The notes under the pieces: generated by a model
The model's input: the letters and a program-made list of their open reading frames with translations, nothing else
What the model was told of the DNA's origin: nothing
Database searches by the model: none
Source of the DNA: Veleropilina oligotropha
Taxonomy: Eukaryota
DNA length: 64,000 nt
Reading direction: 5' to 3'
NCBI GenBank assembly: GCA_048128005.1
Contig: JBEUKZ010000130.1
Span: 124,001-188,000, forward strand
Translations under genes and position numbers: made by a program
Part shown: positions 25,954-39,400 of the stretch, piece by piece
Layout of the letters: each line of letters starts with the position of its first letter
Numbering within the stretch: position 1 is the stretch's first letter

Positions 25954-26793
25954 TTATTTCAGCATTGCGTTAATGTCGCAGCCTATGTGCAGGCGAACCT
26001 TCCTTCCATTTTTACCCAGGGCAATTATTTTTCCATGTATGGTCCACGCGCTTTCTACGCTATCGTGATTTTTGGCACGATTTAAGAGTTTTATGTTCGC
26101 AGTTGTGAGATCATCAAAAATACTGATCTTTTTACCTTTGAGGCGTGACTTGTGCTTCATTACGATTTCTTTTGTGGACCTGCAATCAAATCTGACAATG
26201 ATAGCGCGCGCATTGCTGTCCTGGTGACGACCGACGCGATGAGCAACATCGACAACCTTTGGGTGCAAGTCTAAATTGAGATCATTGTGTATTAGATTGC
26301 ACACAAGTTCTGCACAGTTCTCACCTTTCTGCTCAACAATTCCGAATACTCTAATGCACTGGCGCCTGGAATACTGCTCGTTTTCGTTGCATTGAATTAA
26401 CACGTCCTGTCGGAGAGCTTTGTTCTCGGTCACACTTTTTTATAGCTGATTTTCTAGATCGGCCATTTTTGACAATAATTTGTTGTTTTCCTTTAATACA
26501 TTCGATATATGATCTTTCATTTTTTCGATCTCATTTGCAAGGAAACCATTTATATCACTCTTGATGGTTTCCAATGCCATCGTTACTGCTTTCTCTACAG
26601 ATTCTTTTATTATCCTGCCGAGTGTTTCTTCAGTTATTAATATTCCTCCTTTGTCCGATGTATCTGACATTTTAGATTCCTTTGGTGAAACTGACATGCC
26701 CTCTAATATACTATCAATGTCAACAGTAACAATGTTCTTGCTGGGAGTAGAGATAGAATCGCCTTTTGCCTTTTTTGAGCCTTTAGGTGCCAT
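25954..26793 (-). pseudogene. LINE ORF1 (coiled coil plus RRM-like domain) with one in-frame TAA at 26440-26442
   Basis: The 26440-26841 and 25954-26433 ORFs share a frame. NEQYSRRQCIRVFGIVEQKGEN, VAHRVG, IIVRF and DDLT motifs are typical of LINE ORF1p. Confidence 0.85.
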
Positions 26794-28463
26794 GTTTAGG
26801 TTAATGTTAATGCACAGTGTCTTATCAATATACTTCGTCACTTACTTGGTTATCTTTTGTCCGTAATAACACAGGCATTTAAAATCCATATTTAGCATAA
26901 TGTTGAATAACTATGTCTTCATAATCTTCATACCGTTTGGTATTAATTTATACTCCAACTTTCCATTTCACATTGTTAATTACGCCAGTAAACGTTGCCT
27001 TTCAGCGGAGCACATTTTGACACGTCCGATCACAACCAAATCGAGCCTTAGTGATCAAGCAATTTTAATCCATTCTTCACCAAACTTGGTAGAGTTTTGT
27101 GACAATGATATATATAGAACACGTTCGATAACCAGAGAGAATGTACAAGTAGAACCAGAGTTATGACCCTCGAATTATTTAAAATTGACCTGTATACTAG
27201 CTTTATAACACAAATATTTTCATCCGGTCTTTACCCAATTTTGAAATGATGTTTACAACAACAAGATCTTGGCCAAGATCCTTTGTAACCTGTGTCATCG
27301 AGTTATGTAAAATTGTCCGTGCGATAACTAGAGCAATGTTTATTCATTCTTCACCAAACTTATGTTTGTGATAATAAGACATCTTCCAAGTTCCCTAACC
27401 AGCGTGATCAGACCGTTATAACCCTTGAATTATGTAATAGATAATACACTGTCACACCAAGTGATATCAGGCATTATGTGGATATCGCCGAGGGGTGTCA
27501 GTGTATTATCTGTCATAAATACCAGGAATATATAATGTAAATTGCAATATCAGGCCCTAGATTGCATTAAGAGTCAACTCTTCCAATGGTATGATGCTGG
27601 CAACTTGACAAATCCTTTGTAAAATTGTCATGGGTCGGCTACTAGTCGAGACCTGAGTAAATCTCATTATTTTCACAGAAACAATGGAGTAACTGACAAT
27701 ACGAATCTTACTGCTCAGATAGCAAGCTCTTATTGGACCAATTTGGTATGTATGCAACATTATAACGTCCACGCAAGCTCAAGCAATTTTCATCCTCTTC
27801 GCCAAACTCTGCAAGGTAATTAGGTTGTTTGTGACAATATAAACCCAATCAAGAGGTAAATTAATTCCGTTGAGAACAGAAGTGGCTGAGCAGTAGCCAA
27901 ATACAAAAACATACTCAATGGAAAATTCCCATCGAATGAAAATTGGAGAGAATAATGGGCCATGTCGTTATCGCAGACGGACGATTGTATGCAGCCTATT
28001 GGGAAACATTGTAGTTGCCATCTTGAATAAATTACTCTAGGGCTGTAATGAGAATACATCCTTCGTAATTTGCTACACAATATAATTAAAAGGCCACACC
28101 TAGCTGTTAAAGCAGACTTTATAACATGTCCATTCCATTTATTTATTGAATCAGTCCACAATCAATGTATCATCTGAAATGTGGAGAATAATGGCATTAT
28201 ACAGAAGTCTGTGTCCCTCATCCTGCGGACTATAGCATCTTTAGTAGAATTAGAGTTATCTCCCATTGCGTTCAGAAAGAGAGATACAGTTATAAGAATT
28301 AGAATTGTATTTATTGATAATAAGGACTATATTTCCTGATGTATATTTTATTAATTTATTGAGCAATATATACAAGCCGGGTGATTATTAAAGAAATAAA
28401 ATATAATCTTCAAGAGTTACGCTTGACAAGGGCAGCGGCAATTGATACGACGGCACAGAGCTG

Positions 28464-29052
28464 AGGCCTGTTCAAGATGGATAGCGCTCACTTGAGCGCT
28501 TGCGTACTTGGCTTATCACGATTCTGAACGGAAGCGAGCGCTAGCGCCTTTTTCAAAATGGCCATCTTTATTTACAAAGAAGCTTTGTTACAAATAATGA
28601 TCGGATAATTTGAAAATCCACCAAAACTAAAATTTAAAGCATAGGAAACCATGCATGACTCCCCTAGAGTAGTGTATACCCCTAAATATTATTTACAAAC
28701 AATGTTAGTTCTATAAGCATTGTAGCCTAACATGCGTAGTCAATTCGGCGCGATGCTCTATTTTTTTCTAATTAGTATCAAGTAATTGTGATTTTTGTTT
28801 TATTATTGCACTCCTTATTTGACCAGTATTCATCAAGAACGCTTTGTGATACAAAAGTACTGTAAACTTTTGTTCCATTGCCATTTATCGAAATTAGACC
28901 GCGCTATCACTGCGTTGGGCGCCATCTTGGATATACAGGCGAACAGCTCAGAGAGTACGTACGCGAGCGCTCGCGAGCGCTTCGGCGAGCATCTCTGTTC
29001 AGAAGCTAGCGCTCGCGGTCGCTCGCGAGCGCTATCCATCCTGAACAGGCCT
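28464..29052. mobile_element. PIF/Harbinger-like MITE (CTG TSD)
   Basis: TIR aggcctgttca(a/g)gatggatagcgctc, with CTG on both flanks. Confidence 0.75.
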
Positions 29053-30039
29053 CTGTGGTTGACTCTTATGTCCACATAGCCTTATTAGCATATTGTATTT
29101 TATTTATGGTATGTTTGCAAGATTTTATATTAAACTGATAATTGTATAAAACAGAAATTATATAAGCATAATCATTATAAATGTCTAGGGAAATTTCACG
29201 AATATACATTTATACTTGTACTATATATACACTTGGGCAAACGTTTAGCACCCCCCATATATTTTTCATAGATAAGTTACCTGGACATGCATAAAAAATA
29301 GATCTTCTGACATAAACCCAAAGAAATTAGGAATAGAACAACATCGCTCCGGTGTGAATTCAGCGTTTGATGATGACCATGGGTAGGCTTGGTGCAAATG
29401 TCATCAGATCACATGGTGCTTGCACTAAACCCTGACAATGCCAGGGATAGTTCTTGTCAGATGGTTTGTGAAAATGTTTCCGATGACGGATCGCACGTTC
29501 GACCAGAAATATTCACTGCAACTTCATATTAAGGTAAATGGGATTTTTAACATTGATAAGTAACATATTTTAAAAGATAAATGAAACAATATGATTTAAT
29601 ACTGACATCACATATGTCACATGCACACATTTAGAAATATTTCTTGTCTACACCATAGTACTAGTATATTAATATTATAATGAATGTAACAAAATGGGTG
29701 TTGCTTAACTTTTGCCCAAATGAATATCATCCACAATAATGCACGCATGTTACAAAGTTATTATCACAGATACTAATCAGGGTCAAACAGTGGTGCATTG
29801 TAGGACGATAGCCAGCGATATCTGAATGGCACGGAAATAGATCCTTTAGCTACGTCTACAACCAGAAAGCCTGGGCACAAACAACCAATACATACATAGT
29901 AAACTTTGAAACATATTTTTCAAAACGATAACGACGTTCCTGTATGTCTACTGCAGACTTAGGCCACGTTATGGCGGTTTATGATGTAGTGCTCTATGTG
30001 GCAAGAAAACCAATGTGTAGATGGTCAGGGGTAGTATAG

Positions 30040-30460
30040 CTTAGGTCCCGGTTCTCGGTGAGTTTCTGTTGCCTGTTGTAATTGGCTTCTTTTACTTCTT
30101 ATTCTGATGTTCTTCAGGGATACTGACTGTCCTTTGTCAAAGCAATGGTCTCCTACACCCATGCGTCGGTCGACAATGTTACATTGTTCCTTGATCCTTT
30201 ACTTTACGGGGCTTTTTGTTTCACCGATGTAGGTGCTTTTGGCGTCTACGTCACACGTTTCATGGTAGATGGTGTTACACTGCTTTTCCATGGGCGATTT
30301 GTCCTTCGGATGGACAATAAGCGAATGGATTGTATTCTTCAGTTTGTGATACACTAGTATGTTGCGAGTCTTGAACAACCTGGCTAGTGGTCCTGATAGA
30401 CTGTGTACATAAGGTAGCCCTATGGATGGTGCTTTGTTTCCTCTTTATTGGTGGGTCATC
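30040..30460 (-). mobile_element. Penelope-like element, GIY-YIG endonuclease fragment (degraded)
   Basis: Minus-strand translation ...HSLIVHPKDKSPMEKQCNTIYHETCDVDAKSTYIGETK... shows the HPKDK motif plus a GIY-YIG-like IY...YIGET motif. Confidence 0.75.
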
Positions 30461-30711
30461 GATTCTCCTGCCATGCAGAGCACTACGTTCATTATTTACC
30501 AAGGTCAGCTGCAGATGGACCAAAATGTCGAAATCATTTCGCAAAATATGATTCAAGGCAAGTAAATCTATATTTAGTATTTACTATCCATGTGAAACCA
30601 TGAACAATTTATTCCATCCCCAAGACATAGTAAACATAACTTGTAAAAATCCTCTGAATGATGATATGAATGTTTAATGGTCTTCTTAATCTTAGAGAAA
30701 AATTACAAATA

Positions 30712-31700
30712 ACTAGAAAAACGTTGTGGCAGGCCACAAGAATGCCCGCGTGGTGGACTAATATGTTATCTAAATTCCATAAATAAACTACCAGAGTAAA
30801 AGGTGGCTAACAACAAAGCTCATGTATGAATCAGTATGCAGTAATGCACTCATTGATAAAACTTAAAACAGAATGCAAATATCTTAAAACAAACTGAATT
30901 TGAATCAAATTGGTTGAGAACTTTTCACTGTATAGCGCACACAAGAAATTTCTTCAAAACAAAATGGCCACCACGGCAGCCATCTTAAATCCGAAAACGA
31001 CAAATATCGTTAGACGGCGTGTCCTCATAATAATTAACGTCCATACAGAATTTGAATGAGATCGCATAAGAACTTTTCACTATAGAGCGCACACAAGAAA
31101 ACTCTTCAAAACGAAATGGCCACCATGGCAGTCATCTTTAATAACAACAACGAAAATCGTTAGGCCGCAGCATGTCCTCATCTTAACTCATCAACACGCA
31201 CACCGAATTTGAATCCAATAGGATTAGAATTTTTCACCGTAGAATGCACACAAGAAATCTATTCAAAACAAAATGGCTACCAGGTCGGCCATCTTCAATC
31301 CGAAAATGATGAAAATCGTTAGGCAGCGTGTCCTCATCATAACAAACATTCGTACCAAATTTGAATGAAATTAGAATAGAACTTTTCACTATAGAGCTCA
31401 CACAAGAAATATCTTCAAAACAAAATGGCCACCACAGCAGCCATCTTAAAGCGGCGTGTCCTCACCGTAACAAACGTCCGTACCGAATATGAATGAAATC
31501 GGATAAGAACTATTCAATGTAGAGCGGACATAAGAAATATCTTCAAAACAAAATGACACCACGGCGGCCATTTTGAATCCAAAAATGACGAAAATCATCC
31601 TCACCATAACGAATGTGCATACCGAATTGAAATATTGAAATATAACTTTTCACTGTACAGCGGACACAAGAAATATCTGCAAAACAAAACCGTCGACATT
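30712..31700. mobile_element. Helentron/HINE-like element with ~140-bp internal tandem repeats
   Basis: Starts aactagaa with the hairpin tgtggcaggccaca, then repeated units containing cacacaagaaa..caaaacaaaatggccaccac. Confidence 0.65.
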
Positions 31701-32356
31701 TCGTCACCAAATCTTACTCTACCGTAGTGACACCGTAGATGAACTGTAGGCACACCATAGCAAGTCGTGATAAAACGTAGTCTGCCACGATGAACCATGA
31801 AGGCAATGAACGTACGGTTCAGTACGGATCATCACGAATCAATCTGCGACCTTCGACGATGACCTACGGTGCTTCTACGCCAACCTACGGACAATAAAAT
31901 GCTGTAGCGACACCGTGATGGTTTTGTGCATGCACAAAACTTTGACCGGTTTCTACGGTCCTTCACGGTGAACGACGAAATAGTACGGTCACTCACAGAT
32001 CAATCTACGACGTTTTACAGATCATCCCGGATGGTCACGGTGAGCTAAACCATAGCGATCCGTAGTGCGAAGCGTGTAGATGAGAACTGGGCTTTATGGC
32101 CATGGTACAATCATCACCAAATTAATAATAAATTAATGATAAATTTGAATTTTGGCTGACCAATTAAAATAATGCACACAGACAAAGCACCACATTTACA
32201 AATTACAAATGTTTGTCTACACACAATGAAATAGTTTCATGATCATTGAATGTAAACAACCTCCCCAGCCAATGAACTGATAGATAGCATTATCACATGG
32301 TTGGTGAGGACGGAGGCATATTCAAAGTTAGATCACCAGATTCTGCCATATGCCTT

Positions 32357-32676
32357 TTAAAGCCGCCAGAAGTATGGGTCGAGTTTGAGTTTCCTTTGAA
32401 AGTCCTCATACCACTTCATCAACGTACTCATAGGCACAAACGTCTCGTGCGGGTTAGGGGTCATCTGAGATTGGCTTATTGCAAATGAAGCGGAGTAATT
32501 AACAAAGTTTTCCAGCATTTTAGTCGTAAACTCCACAAACGATTCCAAGTTGCTCGGGGTAACGGCGGTGACGGGGGTTTGTTGGGACAGCTGATTCAGA
32601 GATTCCACGGAGATTCCGATCTGAGCGTTCGGCTGAATCGTCGTCGCGCCAAACGGGTGAGACGATGACGAGTCTT
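32357..32676 (-). CDS. HIKESHI: Hikeshi (Hsp70 nuclear import carrier, OPI10 family), coding exon 4 (last)
   Basis: ttttcag|AA GAC. Encodes HPFG...AQIGISVESL..L.QQTPV...FTTKMLENFVNYSASFAISQSQMTPNPHETFVPMSTLMKWYEDFQRKLKLDPYFWRL*, recognisably the Hikeshi C-terminus. Confidence 0.95.
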
Positions 32677-32760
32677 CTGAAAAGCACAAGCACAGAATAT
32701 AAACTATTAATACTAAGTTATATTTTACTGTATAGTGAGTAAGCAACCACTATATATGTA

Positions 32761-33030
32761 GGCCGCTTCGACAGCTGTGTGGTATCAGTTGTGGACTCCG
32801 AAAAATCACCGGCTTTATTCCGCTGACGCGAACAGTAGTGGGTTCAAACCTCGACTGGGGCAGCACACAATTGTTCAAGTTATGAATAACAGTTGTCCGT
32901 AACTGGTCGGAGAGGGCGGTTTCCCCAGGGCAACTGGGCTTTCCTCCTGCGATAATACGGATATGTCCTGCTTTGAACCAAATGATGGTTGGAAAAATAG
33001 AGGACATTAAGCATCGATCCTTTCTTTTCT
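32761..33030 (+). mobile_element. tRNA-headed SINE, subfamily A, in Hikeshi intron 3
   Basis: Full-length homologue of the 4535 copy. Imperfect TSD ctatatatgta / ctatatctgta. Confidence 0.85.
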
Positions 33031-33314
33031 ATATCTGTAAACTGGTGATCTTCATTGCTTATCATCCACGCAATTAAAGGTGGTCATCTGGTCCTCGTTG
33101 GAACAGTGGTATGTCCCTCTCACACTCACTCGATAGTTCCAATTTGTTTTTTCTCGTCATATGGCGACGAGTGAGATTTATGGAGATGCCATAGAGAGGC
33201 ACAATTAGTCAATATTTTCTCATTACTTCTAAAAAGTCGGCTTGCATTGAAGCTCAATATTCAAAATTTGCTTGCTCCGAAGGACGCACTAATGACATTA
33301 ATTTAAACTTGAGT

Positions 33315-33437
33315 GCCGACTCTGAAATCACTGGCTTGCCTGCTCTGACTAACAGGAGAGCGTTTGAATCTTGTTCAGTTCTCAATCACAGTTGTTCATA
33401 ACTGGTGGGTTTCCCACGGGCGATTAGGCTTTACTCC
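33315..33437 (+). mobile_element. Degraded SINE copy that runs directly into the 20-bp satellite
   Basis: gactctgaaatcactggctt...aatcacagttgttcataactggtgggtttccca is collinear with the SINE sequence gactccgaaaatcaccggctt...aatcacagttgtacgtaactggtc..gtgggtttccca. Confidence 0.8.
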
Positions 33438-36400
33438 GGGTGATTAGGCTTTACTCCAGGTGATCAGGCTTTACTCCAGGCGATTAGGCTTTACTCCGGG
33501 TGATTAGGCTTTACTCCAGGTGATCAGGCTTTACTCCGGGCGATTAGGCTTTACTCCAGGTGATTAGGGTTTACTCCGGGTGATTAGGCTTTACTCCAGG
33601 TGATTAGGCTTTACTCCGGGTGATTAGGCTTTACTCCAGGTGATTAGGCTTTACTCCGGGTGATTAGGCTTTACTCCTGGTGATTAGGCTTTACTCCGGG
33701 TGATTAGGCTTTACTCCGGGTGATTAGGCTTTACTCCAGGTGATTAGGGTTTACTCCGGGTGATTAGGGTTTACTCCAGGTGATCAGGCTTTACTCCGGG
33801 TGATTAGGCTTTACTCTGGGTGATTAGGCTTTACTCTGGGTGATTGGGCTTTACTCTGGGTGATTGGGCTTTACTCCAGGTGATTAGGCTTTACTCCAGG
33901 TGATTAGGCTTTACTCCAGGTGATTAGGCTTTACTCCAGGTGATCAGGCTTTACTCCAGGTGATTAGGCTTTACTCCAGGTGATTGGGCTTTACTCCGGG
34001 TGATTAGGCTTTACTCCGGGTGATTAGGCTTTACTCCGCGTGATTAGGCTTTACTCCAGGTGATTGGGCTTTACTCCAGGTGATCAGGCTTTACCCCAGG
34101 CGATTAGGCTTCACTCCAGGTGATTGGGCTTTACTCCAGGCGATTAGGCTGTACTCCGGGTGATTAGGCTTTACTCCGGGTGATTAGGCTTTACTCCAGG
34201 TGATTAGGCTTTACTCTGGGTGATTAGGCTTTACTCCAGGTGATTAGGCTTTACTCCAGGTGATCAGGCTTTACTTCAGGTGATTAGGCTTTACTCCAGG
34301 TGATTAGGCTTTACTCCGGGTGATTAGGGTTTACTCCAGGTGATTAGGGTTTACTCCAGGTGATCAGGCTTTACTTCAGGTGATTAGGCTTTACTCCGCG
34401 TGATTAGGCTTTACTCCAGGTGATTAGGCTTTACTCCAGGTGATTGGGCTTTACTCTGGGTGACTAGGCTTTACTCCAGGTGATTAGGCTTTACTCCGGG
34501 TGATTAGGCTTTACTCCGGGTGATTAGGGTTTACTCCAGGTGATCAGGCTTTACTCCGGGTGATTAGGCTTTACTCTGGGTGATTAGGCTTTACTCCAGG
34601 CGATTAGGCTTTACTCCAGGTGATTAGGCTTTACTCCAGGTGATTAGGCTTTACTCCAGGTGATTAGGCTTTACTCCGGGTGATTAGGCTTTACTCCAGG
34701 TGATTAGGCTTTACTCTGGGTGATTAGGCTTTACTCTGGGTGATTGGGCTTTACTCTGGGTGATTGGGCTTTACTCCAGGTGATTAGGCTTTACTCCGGG
34801 TGATTAGGCTTTACTCCAGGTGATTAGGCTTTACTCCGCGTGATTAGGCTTTACTCCAGGTGATTAGGGTTTACTCCAGGTGATTAGGCTTTACTCCAGG
34901 TGATTAGGCTTTACTCCAGGTGATTAGGCTTTACTCCAGGTGATCAGGCTTTACTCCAGGTGATTAGGCTTTACTCCAGGTGATTAGGCTTTACTCCAGG
35001 TGATTAGGCTTTACTCCGGGTGATCAGGCTTTACTCCGGGTGATTAGGCTTCACTCCAGGTGATTGGGCTTTACTCCAGGCGATTAGGCTTTACTTCAGG
35101 TGATTAGGCTTTACTCCAGGTGATTAGGCTTTACTCCAGGTGATCAGGCTTTACCCCGGGTGATTAGGCTTTACTCCGGGTGATTAGGCTTTACTCCAGG
35201 TGATTAGGCTTTACTCCAGGCGATTAGGCTTTACTCCGGGTGATTAGGCTTTACTCCAGGTGATTAGGCTTTACTCCAGGCGATTAGGCTTTACTCCGGG
35301 CGATTAGGCTTTACTCCAGGTGATCAGGCTTTACTCCGGGCGATTAGGCTTTACTCCGGGTGATTAGGCTTTACTCCAGGTGATCAGGCTTTACTCCAGG
35401 TGATTAGGCTTTACTCCAGGTGATTAGGCTTTACTTCAGGTGATTAGGCTTTACTCCAGGTGATTAGGCTTTACTTCAGGTGATTAGGCTTTACTCCGCG
35501 TGATTAGGCTTTACTCCAGGTGATTAGGCTTTACTCCGGGTGATTAGGCTTTACTCCGGGTGATTAGGCTTTACTCCAGGTGATTAGGCTTTACTCCAGG
35601 TGATTAGGCTTTACTCCGGGTGATTAGGCTTTACTCCGGGCGATTAGGCTTTACTCCAGGTGATTAGGCTTTACTCCAGGTGATTAGGCTTTACTCCGGG
35701 TGATTAGGCTTTACTCCGGGTGATTAGGCTTTACTCCAGGTGATTAGGCTTTACTCCAGGTGATTAGGCTTTACTCCAGGTGATTAGGCTTTACTCCGGG
35801 TGATTAGGCTTTACTCCGGGTGATTAGGCTTTACTCCAGGTGATTAGGCTTTACTCCAGGCGATTAGGCTTTACTCCGGGTGATTAGGCTTTACTCCAGG
35901 TGATTAGGCTTTACTCCAGGCGATTAGGCTTTACTCCGGGCGATTAGGCTTTACTCCAGGTGATCAGGCTTTACTCCGGGCGATTAGGCTTTACTCCGGG
36001 TGATTAGGCTTTACTCCAGGTGATCAGGCTTTACTCCGGGTGATTAGGCTTTACTCCAGGTGATTAGGCTTTACTCCAGGTGATTAGGCTTTACTCCGGG
36101 TGATTAGGCTTTACTCCAGGTGATTAGGCTTTACTCCGGGTGATTGTGCTTTACTCTGGGTGATTAGGCTTTACTCCGGGTGATTAGGCTTTACTCCGGG
36201 TGATTAGGCTTTACTTCAGGTGATTAGGCTTTACTCCAGGTGATTAGGCTTTACTCCGGGTGATTAGGCTTTACTCCGGGTGATTAGGCTTTACTCCGGG
36301 CGATTAGGCTTTACTCCGGGTGATTAGGCTTTACTCCGGGTGATTAGGCTTTACTCCGGGCGATTAGGCTTTACTCCGGGTGATTAGGCTTTACTCCGGG

Positions 36401-39400
36401 CGATTAGGGTTTACTCCAGGTGATTAGGCTTTACTCCAGGTGATTAGGCTTTACTCCGGGTGATTAGGCTTTACTCCGGGCGATTAGGCTTTACTCCGGG
36501 TGATTAGGCTTTACTCCGGGCGATTAGGCTTTACTCCAGGTGATTAGGCTTTACTCCAGGTGATTAGGCTTTACTCCGGGTGATTAGGCTTTACTCTGGG
36601 TGATTAGGCTTTACTCTGGGTGATTAGGCTTTACTCCGGGCGATTAGGCTTTACTCCGGGTGATTAGGCTTTACTCCAGGTGATTAGGCTTTACTCCAGG
36701 TGATTAGGCTTTACTCCAGGTGATTAGGCTTTACTCCAGGTGATTAGGCTTTACTCCGGGTGATTAGGCTTTACTCCAGGTGATTAGGCTTTACTCCAGG
36801 TGATTAGGCTTTACTTCAGGTGATTAGGCTTTACTCCGCGTGATTAGGCTTTACTCCAGGTGATTAGGCTTTACTCCGGGTGATTAGGCTTTACTCCGGG
36901 TGATTAGGCTTTACTCCAGGTGATTAGGCTTTACTCCAGGTGATTAGGCTTTACTCCGGGTGATTAGGCTTTACTCCGGGCGATTAGGCTTTACTCCAGG
37001 TGATTAGGCTTTACTCCAGGTGATTAGGCTTTACTCCGGGTGATTAGGCTTTACTCCGGGTGATTAGGCTTTACTCCAGGTGATTAGGCTTTACTCCAGG
37101 TGATTAGGCTTTACTCCAGGTGATTAGGCTTTACTCCGGGTGATTAGGCTTTACTCCGGGTGATTAGGCTTTACTCCAGGTGATTAGGCTTTACTCCAGG
37201 CGATTAGGCTTTACTCCGGGTGATTAGGCTTTACTCCAGGTGATTAGGCTTTACTCCAGGCGATTAGGCTTTACTCCGGGCGATTAGGCTTTACTCCAGG
37301 TGATCAGGCTTTACTCCGGGCGATTAGGCTTTACTCCGGGTGATTAGGCTTTACTCCAGGTGATCAGGCTTTACTCCGGGTGATTAGGCTTTACTCCAGG
37401 TGATTAGGCTTTACTCCAGGTGATTAGGCTTTACTCCGGGTGATTAGGCTTTACTCCAGGTGATTAGGCTTTACTCCGGGTGATTGTGCTTTACTCTGGG
37501 TGATTAGGCTTTACTCCGGGTGATTAGGCTTTACTCCGGGTGATTAGGCTTTACTTCAGGTGATTAGGCTTTACTCCAGGTGATTAGGCTTTACTCCGGG
37601 TGATTAGGCTTTACTCCGGGTGATTAGGCTTTACTCCGGGCGATTAGGCTTTACTCCGGGTGATTAGGCTTTACTCCGGGTGATTAGGCTTTACTCCGGG
37701 CGATTAGGCTTTACTCCGGGTGATTAGGCTTTACTCCGGGCGATTAGGGTTTACTCCAGGTGATTAGGCTTTACTCCAGGTGATTAGGCTTTACTCCGGG
37801 TGATTAGGCTTTACTCCGGGCGATTAGGCTTTACTCCGGGTGATTAGGCTTTACTCCGGGCGATTAGGCTTTACTCCAGGTGATTAGGCTTTACTCCAGG
37901 TGATTAGGCTTTACTCCGGGTGATTAGGCTTTACTCTGGGTGATTAGGCTTTACTCTGGGTGATTAGGCTTTACTCCGGGCGATTAGGCTTTACTCCGGG
38001 TGATTAGGCTTTACTCCAGGTGATTAGGCTTTACTCCAGGTGATTAGGCTTTACTCCAGGTGATTAGGCTTTACTCCAGGTGATTAGGCTTTACTCTGGG
38101 TGATTAGGCTTTACTCCAGGTGATTAGGCTTTACTCCAGGTGATTAGGCTTTACTCCAGGTGATTGGGCTTTACTCCGGGTGATTAGGCTTTACTCCAGG
38201 TGATTAGGCTTTACTCCAGGTGATTGGGCTTTACTCCGGGTGATTAGGCTTTACTCCAGGTGATTAGGCTTTACTCCAGGTGATTAGGCTTTACTCCGGG
38301 TGATTAGGCTTTACTCTGGGTGATTAGGCTTTACTCTGGGTGATTAGGCTTTACTCCGGGCGATTAGGCTTTACTCCGGGTGATTAGGCTTTACTCCGGG
38401 TGATTAGGCTTTACTCCAGGTGATTAGGCTTTACTCCAGGTGATTAGGCTTTACTCCGGGTGATTAGGCTTTACTCTGGGTGATTAGGCTTTACTCTGGG
38501 TGATTAGGCTTTACTCCGGGCGATTAGGCTTTACTCCGGGTGATTAGGCTTTACTCCAGGTGATTAGGCTTTACTCCAGGTGATTAGGCTTTACTCCAGG
38601 TGATTAGGCTTTACTCCAGGTGATTAGGCTTTACTCCAGGTGATTAGGCTTTACTCCAGGTGATTAGGCTTTACTCCAGGTGATTGGGCTTTACTCCAGG
38701 TGATTAGGCTTTACTCCAGGTGATTGGGCTTTACTCCGGGTGATTAGGCTTTACTCCAGGTGATTAGGCTTTACTCCGGGCGACTAGGCTTTACTCCTGG
38801 TGATTAGGCTTTACTCCGGGTGATTAGGCTTTACTCCGGGTGATTAGGCTTTACTCCAGGTGATTAGGCTTTACTCCAGGTGATTAGGCTTTACTCCAGG
38901 TGATTGGGCTTTACTCCGGGTGATTAGGCTTTACTCCAGGTGATTAGGCTTTACTCCGGGCGATTAGGCTTTACTCCGGGTGATTAGGCTTTACTCCGGG
39001 TGATTAGGCTTTACTCCAGGTGATTAGGCTTTACTCCAGGTGATTAGGCTTTACTCCAGGTGATTGGGCTTTACTCCAGGTGATTAGGCTTTACTCCAGG
39101 TGATTGGGCTTTACTCCGGGTGATTAGGCTTTACTCCGGGTGATTAGGCTTTACTCCGGGTGATTAGGCTTTACTCCAGGTGATTAGGCTTTACTCCGGG
39201 CGATTAGGCTTTACTCCGGGTGATTAGGGTTTACTCCAGGGGATTAGGCTTTACTCCGGGTGATTAGGCTTTACTCCGGGTGATTAGGCTTTACTCCAGG
39301 GGATTGGGCTTTACTCCAGGTGATTAGGCTTTACTCCGGGTGATTAGGCTTTACTCCAGGTGATTAGGCTTTACTCCGGGTGATTAGGCTTTACTCCAGG

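Larger units (their letters stand above)
22001..27050 (-). mobile_element. Near-full-length L2/CR1-group (Crack-like) LINE retrotransposon
   Basis: ORF1 plus ORF2 (PHD-APE-RT) and a (TTTGA)n 3' tail at 22001-22015. It interrupts an older tandem-repeat element whose units continue on both sides (21580-22000 and 27050-27440). Confidence 0.92.
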
